A stretch of 61,635 nt of DNA, counting the filler, from Choristocarpus tenellus KU-1152 (Eukaryota; Protista; Phaeophyceae): NCBI GenBank assembly GCA_964200185.2. It is 8 parts of 8 records of this genome, joined end to end, with 100 filler letters (N's around TTAATTAATTAA, not from the genome) between each part and the next. Parts side by side here need not be neighbours in the genome. Positions count along the whole stretch, not along the records: positions 22,101 to 37,991 come from CAXNAD020000913.1; 7 more parts are not named here. One strand, given 5' to 3'. Under the pieces are notes generated by a model. It was not told the DNA's origin and made no database searches. It saw only the letters and a program-made list of their open reading frames with translations. A program made the translations under genes and the position numbers. Of this stretch, positions 25,717 to 37,903 are shown piece by piece. The stretch's first letter is position 1, and every line of letters starts with the position of its first letter.

Positions 25717-25965
25717 AGATCCCACATTACCGTGAAATAATTGCAGCCTATTGTCTCACATAGTCTTGACTTGAGAATTCGTACTTACCGCTACCATACT
25801 CCTATGCAAGTCTACATATATTGCATAGCCATATAATAGTATAGCCTATGGTCTAAGTACAGATAATATTGGATGTATGTCCAGTACATACATCCACCGC
25901 CATTTTTTTCAGTACTCGTCCTTCTTTGCCCCAATCTTGTGGTACCCACGTATCATAATCGTATA

Positions 25966-26269
25966 CTTCCTCCGCTCGGAAATAAGTGTAACATAACTTT
26001 AGCAAGGAAAAGGCTTACACAAGACGGAAAAGCTCCCCCCGAATGCTTGGGTGGACGCGACGAAATATCGTGCTGGAATGTAGTTTTGGGGGGCTTCGGT
26101 GATGGAAACGTAGATAGGTGTAGGCTACCCCATTTTGCTTGAGATTTTGGTGGGCAACCTTTTAGTATCTGCGCAATACATCCATAAAATATTAACGTGA
26201 GAGAAAATCTCGCTTCTTGATCAGGACTGCAAAAGGTTTACATCCTACTACTATTCCGAACGGAGGAAG
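25966..26269. mobile_element. Stowaway-like MITE
   Basis: TA|CTTCCTCCGCTCGGAAATA ... TATTCCGAACGGAGGAAG|TA; a matching solo terminus lies at ~33985-34019. Confidence 0.8.
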
Positions 26270-26597
26270 TACTACTGTTACTATCTGTTGTACCATGACA
26301 ATTGAATTATACCACCACCATAGGTTTGTTCCTTGCTTCTCGCTCATTGGTTTAACCCATCCCATCCTCATCCCTCGGCATCCTCCCTCATCAAATGTTA
26401 CGCTGAAATTTATTGTAACAGCAACAGATATAGGACAGTACAGGTGTAAAGCTTGTAGTCCTTGCGACGTGGACTTGGGATTACTCAACATCTGCAAAAT
26501 GTGAGCTGCATACGGTGTGTGACAATTTTCAGATTTGTCAGTGGAGGGAAAACACTATTATCTGGTGTATAATGTGAAATAATATACCAACAGATAT

Positions 26598-26773
26598 GTT
26601 CTTCACAACGAAGGGGGCAAGGAAGACCCACAGGAGGAACGAAAGGGAGGGGGACAAGACAGGAGGGAAAGCGACCCTCGGAACGTCTGTCAGGAAAGGA
26701 GTGAAGAAGCGACGTGAAGGAGGGGGGGGCTGTAACCTCTACTCAACAACCCGATATTGATGTCATCACGGAG
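26598..26773 (+). repeat. Dispersed repeat, left member of an inverted pair flanking the LPMO locus
   Basis: GTTCTTC...CCCACAGGAGGAACG.AAGGGAG...ACCCTCGGAA...GGAAAGGAGTGA...ACAACCCG.TATTGATGTCATC is the reverse complement of 32429-32605. Confidence 0.75.
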
Positions 26774-27480
26774 TAACGTTGACGACGTAATAATACTACG
26801 AGGACACAACCTCTTCCGTGTATCTACGGAAGGAAGGGCAATTTTATGTTATATGTTGGCAGAAAGGTGCCCATCTTAACACTTTTTTTCAACTGTCCTC
26901 AATCAATAAACCTATCTAGAAAAGAAATTTGACTGACATGTCACAAATGAAACCATATTTAATTTTGGGGGGGGGTATGTATGTAGAAGAAAGGCATCGG
27001 AAGAATAATTGACATCAATCGAACGTTTCTCCGTATTAATCGTCCCATTTCGAGTAGAATAATATATTTTAGTTGGCGATATAATTATATTTTGTATATA
27101 TCAAGGGAAATGGATAGCATCATAAGTATACCAGTTGATTGATTCCCCATTTCCAAGTCCGCAGGAAAAAAATATATAATCCAAATTTTCTGTTGTTTAT
27201 AGACTACCTTGATCCGTTGACATTTTGTAGATGTGTGCGTTTCTTCAACGACAAATAATGACAAATCTGAAGAATTTCAGTGAGTGGAGAATAGTAGATT
27301 GTAGTGTATATATAATCGATTTCTTCTATATATATATACATATATATCCTGGTTGTACACATTCCTAAGTTGTTTAAGAAGACAAAATCTGTATGTGTGT
27401 GAATCGTATGATTCTGTGGCGGCGTGATTCACTCAGGTAAGAAGGGCGGCGAAGAGAATCACTGGGCAAGACTCCGAATA

Positions 27481-28055
27481 TTATATTATTATGCCCTCTG
27501 ACATTTTGCAGATGTGTCAGGGGGAAACCAATGAAAACTATATACGTATGTGTATATAAAATGTCCTAAACATAAGAATACTATAAGAATATCCTCCACA
27601 CAGTCGAACCGAAGTTCTCAGAACACAACCTCAATCGGTATAACGCTATATGGCATACGGCAATAACGGTATATAACACAAGACAAACATGCTTTCCACA
27701 TAACAATTCCATATATTTATCAACTTTGTCGTTGGAGGGTGGGATTTAAAAATTGAAAACTGTTGACATTCATTTCAATCCATCCCACGGAGCAATTGGT
27801 TTATCCCGAAGTGTATCTTTTTTGTTGAAAAAAACAATACTACAATACTACATCGCAACCAACAAGCACAGGAAGACAGTAGCACAATATTGATAATGGT
27901 AAAGTAACTGATAGATTAGTGGTGGTTTTCACACTTCAAATGTTTTATAGTGTTCTTATGTTTAGGATATTTCGTTTCTGTAGGGCTAATAATGACATAT
28001 GTATAGGTTTTCCTCCCGACACATCTGCAAAATGGCAGAGGGCAGAATAATAAAA
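27481..28055. mobile_element. Foldback/MITE-like element with ~100-bp imperfect inverted arms upstream of the LPMO gene
   Basis: GCCCTCTGACATTTTGCAGATGTGTC...TCCTAAACATAAGAA on the left pairs with TTCTTATGTTTAGGA...GACACATCTGCAAAATGGCAGAGGGC on the right. Related motif at ~26487, ~27218 and ~57050. Confidence 0.75.
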
Positions 28056-28624
28056 ATCACTCCTATCATGTTGAGTCAACAGTATCACGGTTGAGACCTC
28101 ATCCCCGATTTATCATACCAATTTTACTTGACTTCACTTGTACTTTCTCCATCCTTAATTCTCCAATATCCTCTGTTAGGTATCAAACTACACTCAGGGA
28201 CAGGAACGTATATTGATTGGCTAGGACAAGACTCAAGGTTAGTACGTCGAAGCAAAACGGCTAGGTATCGACATCAGTTTATGTACAGATTTGTGGAGAA
28301 TGCTCGATATACTTCATACTTCATCCAACATACATAGTTGCAAATCACGTTGCGGGAGGGTTAGACTTGGGTTGATGACGTAACCAGTTGTAGGTTGGAA
28401 ATTATCTTTCTCTCCCTTTCCATGCATTCAGTCTTGGTTATTTGTTGTGGGGGGGACCATTGCCCTTCTTTGCGTAACAAAAGATCAATTAATACCACAG
28501 CTTCCAAACCTAGGCCGCGAACCCCTTCCACCATTTTCCAAACCACTCTTGATACCGAATTACTAATACTCTGATAAACCTCGCGCTTGTTCTAATCTCC
28601 CCAAACTGGGCTTGACCTCGTAGG

Positions 28625-31376
28625 ATGAAGATAAGCACCTTGACCATCACAGCATTCCTGGTGTACGGAAACGTGTCTGATGGGCATCTATTTCTGCTGG
28701 AACCTTCCAGCAGAAATTACCTCAAAACCGCGGCTTTTGAAGGATCCGGGTGAGCAATGGTTATGGTCGATAACGTTGATCGTATTTCTCGCAAATCAGA
28801 AACTTGCCTCCTTACAACATGCCTACAGGTGGGTTGTGGAAGTATTCAGCCTTCGTCGCCCACGAGTCACGTAGATTGACCCTTGCTTGTCTCGCACCCC
28901 TGCCCTTACCAGGGCTTCGGAGTATTGCCCCCACTGCCTCCAGAGTAGAGGTACGGGTGCTGTTAGGGAGCGGGCCGAGAAGAATACCGACCCTGACTGG
29001 TTAGCGTCGTATGGTGAAGGCCGATGGCCCCTCAAGTATCTGTACGAGGATGGGATGGTGGCTGAAAACGGTAACTACCTTGAGCCCCAAGAGATCGCTG
29101 CGAGGCATGGCGTCTGTGGTGATCCATCTCAGGTCAGCCCTTCTGGAGAGAAAAACACACGATTGTGACGATGAACTTCCACGATAATTGAGTACGGCTC
29201 TAGCTCGGGTCTATCATCTGATATTAGTTGCGTCGAACGCTTTTCCCTACCCTTAGCTTCTTGGCGGGAACACTGCTCACCTTACTACTTGTTGACAACA
29301 TGCTCGCTCGCACATCATCGATCCGTCACAGGGAGCGCCAGAAGGTGATAACCGTTACGGGATTGCCAACTCCAAGTTCGAGGTTGTGGCGAACTACGAG
29401 GAAGACTCTATCATTGAAATCAAGACCATGACCAGCACCTATCACTGGGTGAGGTGGGAGGTTTCGTTGGGATCTCTTGAGGGACTCACTCTAATACCAC
29501 ATCAAACGTCAAACAAGTGCCAGAGTTGATTTGATCCTATTTCACAAAAGGATCAAAGGCTATGGGGTGTTTGTCGAGTCGTTTACATCACTACACGATT
29601 TGCGCAGAGTATCAATGCTTCGATCTTGCTTGAGAGACTAGGAGGATGAATCAGCAGCAGATTTAACGTCCGTTCTCCTAATAATCTACCATACACCCTT
29701 GACGGGTCGAATTCTTCCAGGGCCACTTGGAGTACTTCATCTGTGATGAGAAGGATCTTCCTGACCCTGATGGTCCAGTGACGCAGGGGTGCTTCAACAA
29801 ACATCCCCTCACCCGTGCAGCAGATGATGATAAAGCAAGCCCCATTGATCCTGCACACTCAGGACGCTATTTCCTTGACCCACCATGTAGGGCCGCAGAG
29901 ACAGACCAAACAGTAAGGCCTGAAGGTGGTTTCACGGGTCAGGTCTCGACAATGCGCTATTTGCTTCCTCCAGGCCTCACTTGCGATCGGTGCATCCTGC
30001 AGATGGTCTACTGTGAGTTACTGCAGGATGTCTTATGAAAGGGTTGTAGGAAGAGTTGCTTGGGTTTTGAGGCATTGGAGTAGTCTGTTGCACACATCAA
30101 ACTGTTTTTCAACGTCGTGGAGCACAAGCACTTCTTGGAGTCACCAGGGCACATGTCTTCGCCATTGCTATGGGTTCCACAAGAAGTCAGCACTATCATT
30201 CTAATATGGCTATGTGCAACTTGTCTGCCTGCTGTTCCTCTATCACCAGACACTGGCAACTCGTGCAACCACCCTGGTTACAGGGAATTTATACCTGCAT
30301 CTATTCCAGAGGGATGCGCACCCACTAAGGATGACTGGATTAATCCATCAAATTTCGCGGACTGTGGTGATGGTGATGCCTACCCAGAAGAATTCTGGAA
30401 CTGTGCTGATATCTCTATTGGCAGCAGAAGTGATAGCGGTGACAATAATACCACTCCTGCCCCAGTATCGGAGACGAGCCCTTCACCCAGTCCTGTGGTC
30501 ACAGGTTCAGGGGTTGGCGGCAGCTCCACAGGCGGTGGAGAGTGCGCCATCCCGTACAAACAGGTCCGAAATCTAGTGGCAAAGGATTGGAATAGTTTCC
30601 TTGTCTCTTATACCTGCAGGACAGAAGCAGTGTGCTGTGTCTTCATTGAATCGTAACATATCTTTATTTCTTGTTTAAAGGGTTGACCAACGTGACCAAC
30701 AGGTATGATGCTACTGCTCTACAGCACATGGCAGCCCCTCACTTCCTGTCCCTAATCCCTCGCCCATATCACCCCTGTGAACCTCTGTTGAAATTACATA
30801 CTGACGATGGCGTACGTATTCAGTGTGGTGGCGAGGGCTGGACTGGAGCAGATTGCTGCGAAGAAGATTATAAATGTGAATTGGTGGCTCCGTGCTACGC
30901 CCAGGTGTGGATAAACGTGAACTAGGGGGAGAGGGTATGTCAGACTGTCTCATCATCTCGAGACCAGCAAATTTAATTTTGTCTCTAGATAACCTACCAA
31001 CCTGACTATTGTGACCATTTTCTTCTCCATTGCTACACTCGTTTCCTCAGTGCCGTCCAGTGCAAGTGGAACCGAAGGCCACACAAGAATGCCGAAAGGA
31101 GTGGGAGCAATGTGCAGGCATGTTCTACACAGGAATCACATGTTGCGAAGAAGGATTGACCTGCATATCTCCGGGAGAGGTGTGTGGCGGCCATGGACAC
31201 GTCATGGGTAGAGTTATTTTTCGATTCAATGACAAGCAATTGCATGTGTACGAGGAGTAAAGCCCTGTACTCATTCCCCTCCAACTCACGCTACCTTCCC
31301 ATTAATAAGTCACAAACTTTCCAAACATTTCCACTCCTGCGTACTACAGGATGACTATTTCTCCTACTGCGTTTGA
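28625..31376 (+). CDS. Secreted lytic polysaccharide monooxygenase (AA15-like) with linker and two C-terminal CBM1 domains (8 exons, 434 aa)
   Basis: Exons 28625-28749, 28913-29132, 29332-29448, 29721-30012, 30250-30563, 30824-30904, 31051-31179, 31350-31376; GT-AG, in phase (1305 nt). Signal peptide MKISTLTITAFLVYGNVSDG followed by His1 (HLFLLEPSSRN). Also HGVCGDP, second His in TSTYHWGHLEYFIC, YLLPPGLTCDRCILQMVYYTGNSC, PEEFWNCADISI and an S/P/T/G linker. CBM1s: YKQCGGEGWTGADCC...CYAQC and WEQCAGMFYTGITCC...DYFSYC. Confidence 0.93.
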
Positions 31377-32428
31377 GGATTGTACCCACAACATCACAGC
31401 CAGACGACTGTGTGTTAATATGGCCTCTGAACTGAAGACTGGCAAGGAAACTGATACCACATATCAACAGCTTCTGCCTGCGTTGAGAGGAGGCTAGAGC
31501 TTGATAGCCCACTGGACTCTTCACAGAACACTTGTAGTTTCCTCCTTCACCACCAGTGAAGCAAGAGTGGCAAACGAATTGGTTGTTTTGTCCATGGTTT
31601 GGACCGACCATCAGTTGATATAGATCTAGGGGAAGCCATAATTATTTATATTCACACATGTAGACTGCATTGATAAGGCAGCTGACGGGTGGAGCTACCA
31701 ATAATGTAGCTACGCATTTCAAGTTGCGTTGTTCTTTTCTAGCATTAAAATAATTAGGTAGATCGCAATTTTGATTTTTTTTATTGTACTCTGGACTACT
31801 GGAGAAATGCACCATATTTTGTTGCATACCCTGTATCTGTTGGCGTAGGTAGGTTGGAGGCTATAGAGTTCACACCGATTCCAACATGATCTTGGTTGAT
31901 TGCCAGAAACGATGCCAACATATATATTGGAGTTGTATGGAGTCTCAAATTATTTTTACGGAGTAGTAGTAGTATGTTAGATAATTTTGTTTGCAAGGGT
32001 CATATTGTTGCTACAATTTGATATTCGAAAACTATGCCCTTCGAATTCCCTACTTGGAGTAGAGACGGATTTTGCGGAGATTTTTCTCCAGGTCCATGGT
32101 GTGCTGGTGTCCAATAACTGATTTGTGTCATGTGAGATGGAGTTCATACAGTTTGTGAGGATATTAGGGATGTTTTGCAGTAAATCGTGGGACGTAGGTG
32201 TCATGCATTACAAAACAAGGGATATGCGAAATAGGAAGATACTCTCACTTCGAAATAGTAAAGTATTTTTCACCAGTAGCTAACGTTTGTACTGGAGCAT
32301 TTGGTGGAGTACATTACTACCTTTACCTCAATACAAGTAGTGCTCTCAATTGTGTAGTACACTCTAGAGTGAGAACAATGAATGCGTTATGACCTCAAGT
32401 CTGTTTCCTCAAATGACCTCAGTATTGG

Positions 32429-32605
32429 CTTCCCGATGACATCAATACCGGGTTGTTTGAGTGGAGCTTTCAAACCCCCCATATTCACTTTCATTGGTCA
32501 CTCCTTTCCTTCGGTGACCTTCCGAGGGTTGCTCGCCCTCCTTCCTTGTCTCTCTCCCTTCCGTTCCTCCTGTGGGCATTCGCGCTCCCCTCCAGTCTGA
32601 AGAAC
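32429..32605 (-). repeat. Dispersed repeat, right member of the inverted pair
   Basis: Reverse complement aligns colinearly with 26598-26773. Confidence 0.75.
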
Positions 32606-32689
32606 TTGTTCGTCGGTTTGTTTCAAAGTGGTGACAACGTTTCACAAATTGCAAGAGATTGAAAACTGATTTGAAATGCAAATCGTCTG

Positions 32690-33010
32690 GAAACTGGGTA
32701 CCTCTCGTTTTTACTTTGGCTCTGATTCGGGATCAACAAATAGTCAAGGTAAACGAGAGTTACCCCAGGTTTGCATTTTCATTATGCTGACAATTCTGGA
32801 AAATTCAGCTTCTTGCACAGATATGTATGTTTAGGGACTCGACTCAATCCTGTTGAAAAATCCAAACAATGCAGAAATGGACACTCTCTTGTCAACCTTG
32901 GCACCTCATCAATGGAATTAGGGGTGAGTTACAAAGATTTACTTCTAAGCAATAGATGGCTCAAAGTGCAAAACGCCCAAAACCTGGGTACCCCTCCTAT
33001 GCTTTGACTC
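32690..33010. mobile_element. MITE family B copy (32741-33010) plus an adjacent solo right end (32690-32722)
   Basis: TAGTCAAGGTAAACGAGAGTTACCCCAGG...CCTGGGTACCCCTCCTATGCTTTGACTC; upstream CTGGGTACCTCTCGTTTTTACTTTGGCTC. Confidence 0.7.
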
Positions 33011-33091
33011 AAAAGCTACAATCACATTTTGTCAGCGCCACATATATTCTTGCCTGTAGTTTGCAGTAGTGTCCAGCTGTGATTACCTTTG

Positions 33092-33360
33092 GAGTCAAAG
33101 TATCTTAGAGGGTAGAGCCTCGTCGACTTGGGAGCCAAAATTTAATGTTGCGATAGTGATGTAATTTTGGCTATCGTGTTTGTTAGGAAGTGTCAGTATC
33201 CTTATTCCAGGCATGCATGATACCTATTTCAAAACGTAGACATTTTACCTACTCCGAAACATTTCGGAATATAAAAATGTGTCACAAAAAACCTCGTGGG
33301 GAGCCAAGCCCCAAGCAGACAAACAGGACAAAACTCATACCCTCTAAGATACTTTGGCAG
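33092..33360 (-). mobile_element. MITE family A, copy 3 (inverted)
   Basis: GAGTCAAAGTATCTTAGAGGGTA...CCCTCTAAGATACTTTGGCAG; 4-bp TSD TTTG. Confidence 0.9.
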
Positions 33361-33666
33361 TTTGATCGTTGTAGGGCTCTTTGTGTGGAGAATTTGACGC
33401 TTTCATATCAGCAATTGTTTCCTTTGTCGCCACTTCTAGTAGAATGTGGATGTGAAGAACTATTGGTGCTCCATACGTGCATGCGTACCTTCTCTAATCT
33501 CCTTCTTCGCCCCCCAGCTTGAAGGGAGCAAAGGAGAACTGAGGTTGACTTCAACAGACGTTTTTTACCTTCAAGTGCTCTTAGATAGGTTTAATGAGTC
33601 TAAATTTGGATGAGAGGAAGAAAACGAAGAGGCGGCACTGTGTTCACCAGTGCAAGTCTAAGTGAT

Positions 33667-33923
33667 GAGCCAAAGTATCTTAGAGGGTAGAGCTGCGTCC
33701 ATTTGGGGGCCAAAACCCAATGTTGCAATTTTGATGTAATTTTGGCTGATGTGTTTGTTAGGAAGTATCAATATCCTTGTTCCGGACACACCTTTTCATA
33801 GCATATACATTTGACCTACTCTTAATATTTTGAAGTAGGAAAATGTCATAAAATCCCCAAGGGAATCCAATCCCTAAATGGACAAGCAGGGCAAAACCCG
33901 TACCCTCTAAGATACTTTCACTC
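33667..33923 (-). mobile_element. MITE family A, copy 4 (inverted)
   Basis: GAGCCAAAGTATCTTAGAGGGTA...TACCCTCTAAGATACTTTCACTC; flanks TGAT/AACT do not form a TSD. Confidence 0.9.
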
Positions 33924-34858
33924 AACTAGGTCTCGTCCAGAGAGTTCATCATGTGGACTGTTCCCAAGCGAAAACGAAGCTTGGAAAAGTTATGCTACAT
34001 TTAATTCCGAACGGAGGAAGTATAACGGGGTCACCTGCCGAACATCAAGATTTTACCAGGAGAGAGCAATCCACGCCTGAAGGAAGAAGTCGTTGAGGCA
34101 AAGGGCATGAATACACAACATTCAGAAATTTTTGGGCAGCCACGTATACCTTGTTTTTTGTGCAATACTGGAAGTAGAGAAGGATTGATTTAGCTGGCAG
34201 AATACATGAACGTCACACCAAAGGTTGACAAGTAGACAGCCTAGCACCTATGTCTTGAGGTACCTCCAAGGATCCTCAATCTCCCTCTCTCTTGTATCAG
34301 GCAAATGCTTTCAAACTAATCAGCAAAGCTCTCCTAATGCAAGCTATGCAAAATGACTCCCATGACATGAAGTCCATCAGAGGTTACAGTCTACAGCTGG
34401 ATGGTGCAGCACACCCTATTCCAATGAAAAAATCGTCCCATGTTGAACTTTCATTGCACAATACACAACAGCATAAGCCAAAATATATACTCCTGACTGT
34501 GCATAATGTAAATTGAGGATCTGCACAACCAGATCGGTCCAGTGCGTTCAAAGTCTGTTGCCACCTTTTGTACCTTATTGCAAGGTCAAAATGTTTGTTC
34601 AGAGATTACTTTCTCTTTTTAGGTAGTAACAAGACAATTTCTGACTTGTACGATTCTAGAAGAATTGTACTTCTTTCCTCTATAACGAAAACGTAGGAAT
34701 ACATTTTGGACGCACAAAAAACTCAAGCTTGCCAGCTGGCATACACAATCGGACCCAAAAATGCCCACATGGCCTTCCATTGATACTCCATACATCCCTC
34801 GTGGGACATCAAGAACTGCGTACCACAGGCAACAAGAAAGCAGACATTACCATCTCCT

Positions 34859-37800
34859 TCATAACCAGGGGACCACATAGTTGCTGTGCCTTCGCCAAGT
34901 CTGGAAAGTGCCAAAGATCAACAACAAGGACAAGTTCAGGTTGGTTTGATGCACGTGGAAATGAGAGGGGATCCCACTCAATCGAAGAAACAGATAGGGA
35001 TGCAGTTTAGTCAGTGGTACTGTTTGACTGTGACAGGAACAAACGAAAGCATGTTGAGTTAAGCTTACACAGTCAGTGATACACCTAATACTGATCCACC
35101 AGCACCATAGAGAGTCAGTGCCAATCTCTGATATCTCCACAAATCAGCAACTTACAGCACTTTCAATCCTATTTCCATCCCCATCTACTCCCATCTAACC
35201 AAACCGTAGGAAGTGCACTACTCACATCACTTGAGTCAATTTAAACACATACACACCCACATTTCACCAATGTAACAACGGAAACTCGCCGTGTGTCCTT
35301 CCAGTCCACAACAATCAGTACTCCCTCAACGCACACTCTAAAATCCACATCATGCAACAAGAGCGAGAGCAGTCAAATGCAGGTGGAGGACATCAATCAA
35401 TCAAAAGTACGGAGAGGGAGCATAGGCACACTCCAATTACACTTACACTTTCGGCACTTGCATCTTCCGGGCGGTACACAGAAGGTCTTGCATTGACCCC
35501 CAGCTCACGCAATCGCTCGATCATCGTGGACGCAATATCCGGATATGTACCTATAAGGTTTACCTTGCAGAGAGAGAGAGAGAGAGAGAGAGAGGAGGCA
35601 ATGGTAAGATAGACCTTGTCTTTATTGGCCTGTACTACAACTCAAGGAAAGTGCTACTGAGTGTATAGGGAATGAATGTCATGGTTGACACATTTCGCGC
35701 ATGCATCTCTATTGTGCTTGTGACCCCTCACCCAAGTGTTAGGGGTGCAAACCGTAACTGAACAACCCCATTCGATTACAAGAACACGTCAGATACACCA
35801 CACTATACAAATATAAATAATATGTACGTCGAAAGTGTGTTACACTGAGCCAATCAGATTTTGAAATATGCTCTGGATCATTAATACTCAATACTGGTAT
35901 GGTATATACACTACAACCAACAGCCCGCTACCATTTTCTCATCTAGGCTTCCTCTCTCTTACCCTCTCCTCTGGATCCTCTTTGAGGTTGAACAAGTAAT
36001 CCCGAGGAACCAAACCCCCATTTTGACTAGAGGAGCAATCCCCAGTGCATGAGCTACACTCTCCGTTATCCACGCAAACACCAGCATCTGTTGCAGCTAC
36101 GTTGGTCGTGTCTGGACTCCAGCCTGCACACCTGGATTTGGCGATAAGAACAGAGCTTGTCAGGCCTGCTTCGTATCAGTTGGAGTAGATTTAAGGTCAT
36201 TGCACCATGCTATTGTAGTGTTTGTTGGAGGTCCCAATTGATAGCATCATCAATCGGGTAAGGAAAACAGGAAAAGGGATCTCTGATCACCTCTACGTCT
36301 TTGTCTGCATATAGCTCTGTGTGTTCACCTTTTCAGAAGATGGTTTTGTGGGTTGCCTGCAAAAGCTGTTCACCATCAAGAAGAAACCGGTTACGAAGTA
36401 GATTCAAAAACGGAGAAGTAGGATAGTCGTTCTAACATACAGAACAAAGACTACTTGAAAAATACAGATACAGTCTGTACCAAGAAGAGCATTTCACACA
36501 CGGCATTTTTGTCCACGCATTGGTCACATGACAATCACAAGACAAAACAGCTCGAGCCTCACAGACACACACACACACACACACACACACACATTTCCAG
36601 TACTCCAAGTTTGATGGGCATTCTGCATACAAAGTGACAAAAATATTCAAAAGTAAGAGCTCCCAACTAACTCCGAAAGGATATTTTTATTATATATTTA
36701 TTATCCACGAAATAACAAAAAACAATAATCGACACGTCAGGGAGGGAACACACACGCACACTACAGTGCACAAGAAAAAAAAGAAAAAACTGAAGAACAG
36801 TAACTCTACAGCTACTCTAACCAGAATACTGCACACTTCCCCACAAAAAGCGACCTTTACTTCTTCCCTCAAACTTCAACCCATAGTGCACGAGCCGTCC
36901 ACCGTCAAGACTTCTCTCAAAGCACCTCTTCCGAACCGTACAATACACCGTGCCAATATATACCAGCGGCACCACACCTCTTCAAGCGTGAACCTCAAAC
37001 ACTGTCGTACCGCAACTTCAAACCAAGAACGGATTCTCCTACAAAAAACAAAAAAAAGGGGGCGCAATGTGTTCACTCTCTGTTCGATCGCTTCGTTGCC
37101 GTTTATTGTTCCTCCACACAATTATTGACAAAAATCCGTTAAAAAACAAAAAAACAAAGGCACTCGGACGACCGTCCATCAGCCCCCGCACAGAGAGGGG
37201 GGGTGTTGGGGGGAGGGGGAGGTCATTCTACAACTCCCGGTAAACGTAGGGTGTTTTAAATACACGAGAGGTCACCCTTCATACCTATTTTATTATTTTT
37301 CTTGTCACAGTTGATGAGTGTATTATAATTATAATTATTTACAAACGCGCAAGCCGTAGGCATCCTTCGCGTCCGTTCACAAAAAATGAATAATAATATT
37401 TTTTATTATCATCAGCAGACCAAAAACCCCCCCATCATCGTGGCTTCATATATATAGGCCAAAAAAGAACCAACATACAATATCACAAAAAACCCAACTT
37501 ATTTTCTTACACCATAGGAGGCGTTTCTGAAGAAGTATCGAAAAGAAATGATTCCTCTGTACTCGCCAACAAGGTTCATACACCATATAAACGCCTTCCT
37601 ATCCATTTAAGATCTTGGCCGATAGAGAACCGAGTTGTTTTTGTTTGTTTTTTCTCACGAAAATTGTGTGCTAAAAATACATGTTCGTGGCACATTTATT
37701 GCGTCATGATTCATTCCAAGGCCTTCAATTCACGTTCACTTTTACCAATTTTTTATTTTCATTTTTATTTTCCTCCGAGATGTTTTCCACGTGAGCCTCA

Positions 37801-37903
37801 CCATTCGTTGACAATAACTTTCCAGTCCCCCGAGATAAACGCTCCCCTCACATCCATCTCAACGTTTCGCAAAGAGTCGTAATCCCAGTCAGAGTCCTGG
37901 TAC
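34859..37903 (-). CDS. Formylglycine-type (S1, arylsulfatase B-like) sulfatase, 3' partial (last 4 exons)
   Basis: Exons 37903-37802, 36131-35963, 35563-35447, 34900-34859 are in phase: ...RGAFISGDWKVIVNEWCAGW...DYLFNLKEDPEERVNLIGTYPDIASTMIERLREL...YVVPWL*. GDWK, LFNLxxDPxE-xNL and terminal PW are typical sulfatase C-terminal motifs. The catalytic CxPxR region is not in this contig. Confidence 0.82.

Noticed and set aside
36634-37128. 164-aa plus-strand ORF
   Set aside because: Lies antisense within a sulfatase intron and consists of A/C-rich simple sequence.
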